A stretch of 64,000 nucleotides of DNA, taken from positions 124,000,001 through 124,064,000 of the forward strand of contig OZ260661.1 of assembly GCA_965285935.1 (NCBI GenBank). The letters are read 5' to 3'. Positions 12,201 through 24,200 of this stretch are shown here, piece after piece. Every line of letters begins with the position of its first letter. Position 1 is the stretch's first letter. The translations under genes were made by a program, and so were the position numbers. A model generated the notes under the pieces. That model worked only from the letters and a program-made list of their open reading frames with translations, did not search any database and had not been told where the DNA came from. The stretch is from Ophelia neglecta. Taxonomy: Eukaryota.

Positions 12201-15200
12201 CATAAGGCCATAAGACTTCTCTTTTTAACTAAACAAAGCAAACAGCGTCGTAATTATTAACCACGTGTACATGTACGTCTGCTTTTGATAATAACAGAAT
12301 TCATGTTAATCAAATATGCTACATAATACAAGTACAGGTATCACAATCAGACCCCGCAAGAAGCTTACTCGTACACAAGTACAGCAGTGATTACTAATTA
12401 AATATTTAAATGCTATTTTAAAGCATTTTTAAAACAGGGTAAAGAACCATCATCATAAATTGTACATATTTTTTTAATGATACATGTAAAGCCTCTAAAG
12501 TTTTTTTTATGTTTCAGAAATAGAACGCTTATTACTAGTACACATGTACACTAGCACCTTCGTAGCTGTGTATACTACTGACACAGGAGGCTCAATCATT
12601 ACATTATTAGTACATTAGATAAGGATTTTCCTACCCTGGATTTCCTAATTTTATCATCGTTTTTTGGCATGTTTGGCACATCGCCATCTTGACCTGAAAA
12701 GGAATGTCTAGTCTTTCAACAAATATTCACGAAGCCATTACTCAAATTATATACAGCTATGGTAGAATCTTCCTAACGAGAAAATAACACATGATGAAAT
12801 TAATGAAAAGTTATATATATAAATAAATGAACATGTGCATTGGGTGGCAAATTCTTAAGGAAAGCCAGAGGTTTACAGTCGGCCAGGAACCATTAAACTT
12901 TGTTAAACACCTTGTTTTTATCTGTAGGTTAAAATAAGCTAGTTTGTATTTTGTCACCTCATCTATTTTCCTTATGTTTTCCAGAGCACATTTGTTTAAA
13001 AATGAAGAACAGATGTATTTACTGCATAAAATGATTCAAATAAAAAATATATATAAAACAAACATTAAGACAGGTATATATTGGTGGTGGCAGCGACTCA
13101 AGGACAAGATCATACATAAGGTATCAGGTCTCCTTTTTCATAAGAATATTAATTAACTTGCGTCAGAAACTTTTGGGCCCTAATATCTGATTATGAGGGT
13201 AATTAGAAGTGTACTATAAGTTTGCCTACCACATTTTAAGTTATCTGGAATTCTATCTGAATCCCTGAACAGGTAGTGCCTGTCTGATATCACAGAGGTG
13301 ATGGGTTCTATGTGGTACGCCTCACTCCCCACTGATATATAGCCACTGAAAAAACACAAGACAACCTTAAAAACACTCTTACCGCAAAATACAATGTATT
13401 AGATGACATACTGGATTGGAAAGAAAAAATACATAAAAATCTATAAATCTATGAATGCCATTAATGGGATTGCAGAGAAAAATAAAGTCATTCTTCCACT
13501 CATTTTGAAACTTTTGTGAGCAACATATAATGACTTTTTTAAGGTACATTTTGAGCTGTTGTGTGGTAGAAAACTTGTCTAATTATTCAAATATCAATGG
13601 AGCACAGAAAATACAATTAATTCTTTAATTGTAATGAATCAATATAGAGATGAAACCTTGGGTAAACTGGTTAAGTCAATGGTATGTGTTTAATTTAATC
13701 ATTTCACTCTCACACCAGAGCCTTACACCACTGAATTGAGAGGTCTCTTGGACTATTATATAAAGCTTCAGTTTAGTTGCCAAGAACACCTGGTCCATAT
13801 ATCTATAGCGCCAGGAGGCTATATTTAAAGTGTAATAAGACTTTACTTAAAGTTCAAGTGGGCTGTATTTAAAGTGAAAAAAATACAGTGTGTTAGGTGC
13901 AAGCAGGCCATTGGTACTGCTAGCTATACTGAGCATGGATGTACATGTACAGTATCATAGAGATATCATAGAGATATCACAAAGAAGTAGTAAGTATACA
14001 CATGTACTGTACAACCACAGAGAAGTTGTACATATAAACATTTACCATAGTACACAACCACAGAGAAGTTGTATGTACAGTATATCATCACAGGGAAGCT
14101 TTGTTTGACTTAGGATTTTCACCTCTCATATACCCAGCCAATGTCTTAATGTGTACCCAGAACCTACCTCCCACCCAATACTCTTCCCTTCTCCCACCCA
14201 ACTTCTCACCCCACATTCTTCCTTCCTCCCACCCCACCATCTTCTCTCTTTCTACCCAACCCCCCACACTCTGTCCTCCTCCCACCCCACACCACAGTCC
14301 TCCAACCCCACTCTATACCCTCCTCCTACCCCAAATCCTACAATCTTCCCTCCTCCCACCTCTGAGCCCACACCCCACTCTTCTTTCCTCCCAACCCACA
14401 CCCACACTCTTCCCCACGCCACACCCACGCTCTTCCCTCCTGCCACCCCACAACCCACTCTTCCCTCCTCCTACCAACCACCCCCATGCCACTCATCTCT
14501 CCTGCCACCCCACACCCCACTATTCCCTCCGTCTATCCTACACTCCTCCCACACCACATCCCTCCCATCCCTTACATCTCAGGGCCTGTTATTAGCCCCA
14601 TGCCCTCCCACCTCACCTGATGCCTTGACATGTACTGAGAGCCACTATGGACCGGGAGTGACCTCGGACATGTCCATGGTAGTAACAGTGGCTCCCATCC
14701 TGCAACAAACATCATCATTTATTCATTTATTAATCATTTTACATAAATAAATAATATATTCTTCAAACACATTGACAATAATTTCAAATTTTTCATAACG
14801 TAACATAGTTTTTTTTTAATATGCACAGACCCAGCATACAGGTACGTAATATATAGTGACGTGGTGGTGTCCTTGCAGGATTATACAGTTTAACCTTTAC
14901 ATAAAAACGGTTTTGATGAACATAAAACTGGTTTATAATATCACATACAATTATTGAAAAACTCACTTCTTTAATATTTTTATTGATAACTTCTTCACCT
15001 TCTTTTGTAAAATGTTTTTCTATATATTTGGGACTAAATAGCTGCCTGTAAAAGAAATGAGAAAAATACCAATCAACAAAGCCATCAAATGTTGTTATTT
15101 GAGTGGCCACAAATTAGTGGCAAAACTAATCAATATCTATGCTAAAAAATATTTCCTTTATAGCAGACAAAGTGTAATCAAATTCTTTAAAGAAAAAAGT

Positions 15201-18200
15201 GTGTCCCAATAAAGACAATGTTTTAAAGAATGCGGGAGAATGACCTGATAAAAACGACCAACTCACCTATTCAGCAGCAAGTCAAGTGTAAATTTAGTAG
15301 TGTTGCTGCGGACAATGACAGTGATATTCTCAGCATGGTGGGCCTGGAAAGAAAAACAAGGTGAATTAAAGAGGTTTAGTAGAGCTAGAGGGCCTATAAG
15401 GTTATACAGGCTAATTTCATCTAAATCCTAACAGGCCTATTTTAATGTTAAAATGGGCCAGTAGAGGGCTGGTGGCGGTGGGGTGATGAATCTGGCTAAA
15501 AATCATGTTTTGTGAGTAAACTGATCTCGATTACCGGCTGTCTCCTTTAATGTTAACCAATCAGCATTATAGAGACAGATTGCTGAGTAGTCTGGGAAAC
15601 TCATATCACCCAAAGTGGAAAAATAATTTAGATTTTAAGGAAGGCTTTTATTTTACAAATCTCATTAGTAAATAACTGTATCCCTTAGAACTGCAAAGGT
15701 ATCGCTGATTTTTCAAGGTAACATTACTCTGCTTGGTAATGACCCTAAAAACCCTTTACTCTAGGTATCATTTTACGAAAACACCAATCATTCATTGGTA
15801 ATGGAGAAAGATTCCCAAAAGAGAAATACAATTTTCCTAGAAATGTGAAAACAAATCCACTGGAAATAAAAGGAGAGACATTTCAGCTTCAAAACACCAA
15901 ATAAATAGAAGTTTAATCCTAAAATTGAACTTGATTCATGGGAATTATCTTTAAACAAGATAATCTGGCTGATAGAAGGATCAGAAACGAAGGTTGTCTA
16001 CTTCATTGATCACCTTCAGCGCTTGAATGACGACAAATTCGATCGCGGGGAGCGTAATCAAACACCGGTTGGAGCTTGAATGCCAATGAAAGCAGGGAGC
16101 CCACAACGATTTTCAGGACAAATAAACCTGAAATTGTCAGGGGTGAAAGACAATTCTATTTGCAACTGAACCCCAAACAATTATAAGAGAGCTTGGGTCA
16201 GCTACTGCCAGTCTGATCCCAGATATATATAGTCTACTAGAACTTGGCTGGTATTTGTAGATGAAATTGTGATAAATGATTGTTACTCTCCGGCTATGGT
16301 AGACATGTTGACATGAATAGTTATTACCGAGCAGAATGGTTTATATAGGAACTGATCTCAGAAGATAACTTGCCAGGTACTTTAACATTAATGGCCTTTG
16401 TGTACAAACATTCAATCAGCTGGGGTCAACCAGAGCTGAACTCAAGCGGAAAGAATAGAAGCTCCAATCAAATATCAATCAATAAAATCAATATTAATCA
16501 GCAATAACTCAACTGAGTTGTATGCACTCAGGGGAACCTACCCAGAGGGTATGAGAGGGCCACCTCCGGAGAGGGTATAGGAGGCCACCTTCCAGGAGGG
16601 TAGGAGGGGGCCACCTTCATAGAGGGGATGAGAGGGCCAACTCTCAAGAGGGTATGACAAGGCCACTTCCCCAGGTGAGGTGGTGTGAAGGAGCCAACTC
16701 CCAAGTATGAGAGTAATGTACTAGCTGTAGCCCTGTGTATAATGTACAGGGGGGTGTATGTGTAAGAGAGAAATTTCAGCAGATAGGGGAGGGCAGATGG
16801 GGGGAGGGGTTAGGTACCTGATCAAACACAGGCAGGGAGCTGGAGTGCAAGTACATGTCATGTATGTGTGCATGTACATGTGTATGTACGTGTACACATC
16901 TGTAAATTTACATGTTGATAGGGTGCAGCACCTTATCATTGCTCATTTTGTGCCATTTGGACTGATTCAAAATACCACTGAAATGTATCTGAACTAGCCC
17001 AGTGTGAATCTGGCACATGGCACCCCTATTACCAGGCAATCACTACATGTGAAGGATTTGAAGAAATTGAAGACTCCAATTTTACTAACTAACCTTAATG
17101 TAGTGTACTGCAAGAGAGACCAGAAAATGCTTTTTTGTTGCAAATAAACAACTTTACATACTACAGTATACAGGCTAAAAGGTCTGCTGAATTGTACAAA
17201 TTGGACCTGACTCCATTTAAATTGAGAAATACATCAATTTCATTGAGTTTCTGCTGTGAGAGGTTTGTTTAGCATGTGGGATGGGGCATCTAGGCCTACC
17301 TTAGACAGTGGAGTAAATTGGAGGTTAAAGCCCTGTATTGATAACCACATACAGGAGGAGTTTTATTAACATTAGAAACTCTACCTTATGTTTGTTATCA
17401 CCACATTAAGCACATACATGTGCATACAGCTACATGTACATTTATTTGCACATTACATTAACAGACTACACGGATAAGTATGGTTTATCCCACTGGCATA
17501 TCCTTTTTATGTTTTAAGTGGCATATCTGTTCTGAGAAATATGAATTGATTTTCTCTATGTGGTGTACCAGTAATATTTCATCTCTAGTAATTGTCCACA
17601 ATATTTTTATTTTATAGGAGCCACAAGGAGAAAGACAACCTTGGTTTATTTTTTAGGTAAAATAAGCCGTCTGCTTTTGTAACCCATATGGCATAAAGCT
17701 GTTTTCTAGGACACCATGGAGAAACTTTATGGTTACAACTGTCAAGGGAGCCACACTTCCAATATCTCTTATTGTAGTTGTTTTTGTAAGCTACCTTAAT
17801 ATTCTGCCTTAAACTGCATAAAAGTCATGTCGATAGGTAAAAAAACAGACCAATGTAGGCTCCAACGCTTGTATGGCTCTCAGCTTTTATCCAATTTATT
17901 AAGGAAGGCTGATGAATTTTCCACAAATATCATAAAATTCATCCATCCGATTCTCCTAATGGTTTAAATGCTATGCCTCATTTCCATCTAGAATGTTTAT
18001 GAGACAAAACTCCCTTACAAAAAAGCCACCACAAGCCGTGCTCACATCTCTGCACAGTATGATGACGGAGGAAAAGTGTGACCAGCGCACGCCCAGATGA
18101 TAAGCAGTGTAAACTAACAGGTAGAGGTTTATCTAATACGCCTCTGTAACACTACTGGGTGGCTGGTGTGGTGGTGAGACATAGGCATCCTTCTGAGAAT

Positions 18201-21200
18201 CAAATCACATCAAAACACCCTAATCAAGTGGTAGACAGGGGAACACAGGTAGGACTTCTGCAAATACAATTGACCTGCCATTTATAGCAGCTAGCTACAT
18301 GCCGGGCTTCTGTGAAGGTGGATACATGCAGTCGCCTATAGGTTAGGTTATAGGTTCTGCATCATCTTGTCTTGGCTCCAATGAGATGTATTATTGAATA
18401 ATAAATTCAGGGGCACATGGGCCCTTAAAATAACATCAATGTTTGAACATGTATTATCAATCAAGTCCTCCTCTGCTTCTACTCCCATATATAGACTCTT
18501 TCTGGAAGAGAAGCCTAAGCAAACTGCTCCCACAGCAAAAATTTCACCTGCTTTTTCTGACCGTGAAGCCCTCTTTCCGGACATATATTCATTAGAGAAA
18601 AGTCAATTTTCCCGCTGCCCACTCACACATGCCTCCTTGAGCACTCAAGTCCTGATGAAATCAACAATCACCAGGGAAAACTACCAACATCAGAATGAAA
18701 TGGCCTGTGAAAACAACGGATAGCAGCAGGTAAATATTTATTATAAACTAGTTCTTTGATGAAAAACTGATGACCCCAACAGTCAAAAAAGCCTTGGGCA
18801 ACTTCCAGGAAGAGTAGTATACCCAAGGCTGACGTCGCCGGCAAATCAAAACATATAACAACTTTCAAGGTATTTGTATACAATTCAGATGTATGTTTTG
18901 TCAGCACGCTTCCAGAATTACTTCTCACCAAGGGGAAAAAATAATATTAATGTTAATTGATTAATGTTTCCTTGAGTTTTTTATATGTTTCGTATCAACA
19001 AATGCCAGGCACGACGCTACCCAAAGTGATAAAAATAGGATTTAAAAAGAAATATTATTAACATACATGTGCCATTAGCCCTAATGGGTTAATTTGGCAG
19101 CAGACATATATACAGCTGAATAAAAAACAGACTTTTCATATTTCATGCAAAAACATGCTAAATGCAATGTGCTGGTGTAATGGGAATAGGAATCTCCATG
19201 ATTAAATCACAACTAGAAAAAACATCAAAGCAATTTATAGCCCTGCATTAGGCAGTATGCATGCACACAAACTGAGCATACCATTACTGATTGAGCATAC
19301 AGTTACTGCATATAGAATTACAGCCATCTCATAAAAAAACTGTCATCAGTTTAGTAAGCTAAAAATATCTACTAAATGTTACAACAACGTAGGTTCTTCT
19401 CCAAATGATGATGCCATGACCAGGCAGACAATCAAATGTCCTTCAGTATCTTTTCTAAGCAAGGCACTGACTATTTCCTGGGGGCTGTTCTGAGACACAT
19501 GGACACAGAGCCCCTGACATTACAGGAGACATGTACCAGCCCTGAGGGGTAAGGAGAGAGACACATGGACACAGAGTCCCTGACATTACAGGAGACATGT
19601 ACCAGCCCTGAGGGTTAAGGAGAGAGACACATGGACACAAAGTCCCTGACATTACAGGAGACATGTACCAGCCCTGAGGGTTAAGGAGAGAGACACATGG
19701 ACACAGAGTCCCTGACATTACAGGAGACATGTACCAGCCCTGAGGGTTAAGGAGAGAGACACATGGACACAGAGTCCCTGACATTACAGGAGACATGTAC
19801 CAGCCCTGAGGGTTAAGGAGAGAGACACATGGACACAGAGCCCCTGACATTACAGGAGACATGTACCAGCCCTGAGGGTTAAGGAGAGAGACACATGGAC
19901 ACAGAGCCCCTGACATTACAGGAGACATGTACCAGCCCTGAGTGTTAAGGAGAGAGACACATGGACACAGAACCCCTGACATTACAGGAGACGTGTACCA
20001 GCTCTGAGGGTTAAGGAGAGAGACACATGGACACATAGCCCCTGACATTACAGGAGACATGTACCAGCCCTGAGGGTTAAGGAGAGAGACACATGGACAC
20101 AGAGCCCCTGACATTACAGGAGACATGTACCAGCCCTGAGGGTTAAGGACAGAGACACATGGACACGGAGCCCCTGACATTACAGGAGACATGTACCAGC
20201 CCTGAGGGTTAAGGAGAGAGACACATGGACACAGAACCCCTGACATTACAGGAGACATGTACCAGCCCTGAGGGTTAAGGACAGAGACACATGGACACGG
20301 AGCCCCTGACATTACAGGAGACATGTACCAGCCCTGAGGGTTAAGGAGAGAGACACATGGACACAGAGTCCCTGACATTACAGGAGACATGTACCAGCCC
20401 TGAGGGTTAAGGAGAGAGACACATGGACACAGAGCCCCTGACATTACAGGAGACATGTACCAGCCCTGAGGGTTAAGGAGAGAGACACATGGCCACAGAG
20501 CCCCTGACATTACAGGAGACATGTACCAGCCCTGAGGGTTAAGGAGAGAGACACATGGACACAGAGCCCCTGACATTACAGGAGACATGTACCAGCCCTG
20601 AGGGTTAAGGAGAGAGACACATGGACACAGAGGCCCTGACATTACAGGAGACATGTACCAGACCTGAGGGTTAAGGAGAGAGACACATGGACACAGAGTC
20701 CTGACATTACAGAAGACATGTACCAGCCCTGAGGGTTAAGGAGAGAGACACATGGACACAGAGTCCTGACATTACAGGAGACATGTACCAGCCCTGAGGG
20801 TTAAGGAGAGAGACACATGGACACACCTGACATTACAGGAGACATGTACCAGCCCTGAGGGTTAAGGAGAGAGACACATGGACACAGAACCCCTGACATT
20901 ACAGGAGACATGTACCAGCCCTGAGGGTTAAGGACAGAGACACATGGACACGGAGCCCCTGACATTACAGGAGACATGTACCAGCCCTGAGGGTTAAGGA
21001 GAGAGACACATGGACACGGAGCCCCTGACATTACAGGAGACATGTACCAGCCCTGAGGGTTAAGGAGAGAGACACATGGACACAGAACCCCTGACATTAC
21101 AGGAGACATGTACCAGCCCTGAGGGTTAAGGAGAGAGACACATGGACACAGAGCCCTGACATTACAGGAGACATGTACCAGCCCTGAGGGTTAAGGAGAG

Positions 21201-24200
21201 AGACACATGGACACAGAACCCTTGACATCACAGGAGACATGTACCAGCCCTGAGGGTTAAGGAGAGAGACACATGGACACATAGCCCCTGACATTACAGG
21301 AGACATGTACCAGCCCTGAGGGTTAAGGAGAGAGACACATGGACACATAGCCCCTGACATTACAGGAGACATGTACCAGCCCTGAGGGTTAAGGAGAGAG
21401 ACACATGGACACAGAGCCCCTGACATTACAGGAGACATGTACCAGCCCTGAGGGTTAAGGAGAGAGACACATGGACACAGAGCCCCTGACATTACAGGAG
21501 ACATGTACCAGCCCTGATTTAAGAAGAGACACATGGATGTCTTTCATAACTCTGACAGCAGCAAGTGTTACCAATCACCATTATCATGAAGATGAGATGC
21601 TGGTAACATTTTTATAGGCTCACAAATGACCATTGATTAACAGTAGCTAATCTGGCTGACATGCATTGCCTTGTAAATAGAGAATGCTGCTCCAGAAATA
21701 CTCAGTAGACTGGGACAAACTTGGAAAGAGATGAACAAGTTCCCAGTACTAAAGCTAAAACTATACACATGTACCATATTCTCTGCTGGGGCGATTAAAT
21801 AGTCATGTGACCTATGAAGAATTGAATCAAGTACTTATATTAGTTCTATAATGAAGAAAAAATTCTTCAAAACATATAGAAATGGTTGAATTGGTATTTT
21901 TAGACAATATAACCATCTGCCCTTGAAATAAACTTTTTCTGGACCCCCCCCCCCCCCCCTGCACTCCGAATATTAAGTTTAGCTTCCTCTGCAGGAGGTG
22001 ATGGGTTATCATCAACAGGGCAATGCATACATATATCTATAGGTAGGTACCACCACTGTGGGTAGTCTCAGCCCAACACCAGTTTATTAAATCCAACTGG
22101 CCGGTAATGCATGGCACATTCCTACCCCTAGCTAGCCACAACGGTGTGAAAGCATTGGCTCACCTCACAACATTGGTACACCTAAAAAAGTAGGCTCACC
22201 TAAAAGCTGTGAGGAATAATGCAGTAACTGATGAATTCTGAGCAGGCTTTTTCCAAACATAAAGCTGGTATCGTACCTCCGTAATACTGCTCAGGGCCCA
22301 GGAGGTTCACAGCTATCAGACTTCTAAATGTACAGGCATCACTATATGTAAACTTCAGACATACAGATACTAGTTGGGTTTAAGCCAAAACACCTATTTT
22401 CCGCGAGAGGCACATGTATGTTGGATCCTTCGACCCTGCTATGGAGCGACACACACATGTAGCCGAGGCTTTCTGCTCCGGATAATACTTCTGATGATCC
22501 ATCATCAAACTCTGACTACTTGACAATATACAGTACAGCCAGGCAGCATGCTCTGCCTGCCATTTTTGTTGGAAAATGGCTATATTTAACCTTGAAAAAC
22601 ACCTTCCACAAACACTATTTTAATGTGGCTGGAATAGGGCCACATAAAACTGTGATCTAATGCAAACTCGGTGAAATCCTTTGGAACAATTTGCCATCAC
22701 ATTAAAAAACATCTCCAGATAAAACACCCATCAATTTAGTGCAAAAATACATTTATTTGATTTAATTAAACCTAGAAATGTATGAGCCATGCCATGAAGC
22801 TATTTTTGTCCCTTAAGATCAACTCCTTGTTATTCCAAGAGAGCACCTTCTCCAGAGTCAGGGAGAAGCACTCTTGGCAGCTGTGAAAAGCGTTTTAGCT
22901 GCACACAGTATTTTACAAAGTGTTTTTCCATAGCAGTAGTAAGGGTCCTTGCTTGGTTTAATAATCCTGACTCTATCCTGACTTTATATGATTACTATAC
23001 AGGCTGTGCAGTCAACAAACTCCCAAGTTGATGAAAGAGAAATTGGGTAACCCTATCTGATTTCAATTGTACTGGGCTGTGGAATTAACTTCTATGTAAA
23101 TAGATGCAGAAATGGGGTGGGTTTGAAACATGTTTAAAACACATGATATTCATGGCCACCTGTTCAAATCATGAGCATTCTGTAATGGTTACCATTATTT
23201 AGCATAAAAAATTGACACAGGCCAACCCATGCAATAAATCCTATAGAGCCTGCAGCCTGAACACGACTTGTGCCAAGGTGCCACTTCTGTGTCTCAGATG
23301 AAAGCTGCATTATGGTAAAGACTGATCAATACATATAAAATTGGTACAGTAACTTGTGCGTGCTTCCCTCGGTAAAGGCTGGAGCCTCGTTCCCACATAT
23401 TGGATTGGTATTTCTGTTTAGTTTGCACTTCTCCTAATGTAGGGATTTGTTGTCACAGGGGCAGCACACTCGCTGTGCTAATACTCAAAACAGACATGCA
23501 TACTGCAGCTTTTATTTTTATGGATTTCGAGTCCACGACTTACAATTCTTTCATTTCTCTCTTAGATATAATCTAATTCTGATATGTAGCAGAGGCAGAC
23601 ACTTAGTTCTGTTTGAGTAGCTTGGTGGTAAAAACAAAAATAAAATGTAGAAATAATAACAATATTGTAGTAGAATGGGGGTGGCTTGAGTTGTTTATTG
23701 TGACGTTTCCTGCTCTGATTCACGCCTATCCGTCCTCCGGGATTTCTCCTAAAGTTTTTTGCTGCTCCAATCACAATGGTAATGTTTACAGTGCAATTTC
23801 AGACTTGTTTGAAAAGTCTCTCTCCAACACAACAAACCCCAATCCACTTACCATGTACACCTGATAAAAAAGTATGGCTTAGATATCTAAAGGCAGTCTA
23901 CCCCCCACCCCCTCCCACCCTCACCCCCCACTAACTAGAGCCTACTCCCACCCCACCCCTAACAACCTATCTACCCCCTCTTACAACCTACCGACAGCCT
24001 ACCGCAGACCATCCTCCCACCACCCCTTTAGGTACCCCTGTCCATTGTTCATTGTTTACAGGCCCATTTGGTTTCTATTTTCAGTTCATCCATCAATTAT
24101 AATATAAGGTAGATTCATGTATTTAAATTTAATTCCATTCCCATTGCCATTGGTCCTTTCCTAGTTAAATTTCCTTGTATTGCATTTCATTTCATGCTCA

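Noticed and set aside
14088-14750. Pro-rich and Gly-rich ORFs of 164 and 199 aa
   Set aside because: Low-complexity C-rich intron tract open in several frames, and overlapping a real antisense ADAM exon.
19455-21534. 399-aa, 102-aa and 145-aa Cys/Pro-rich ORFs (MSPVMSGALCPCVSLLNPQGWY repeats)
   Set aside because: Translation of a 63-bp (3n) minisatellite; frames are broken by unit indels, with no unique domain or splice context.
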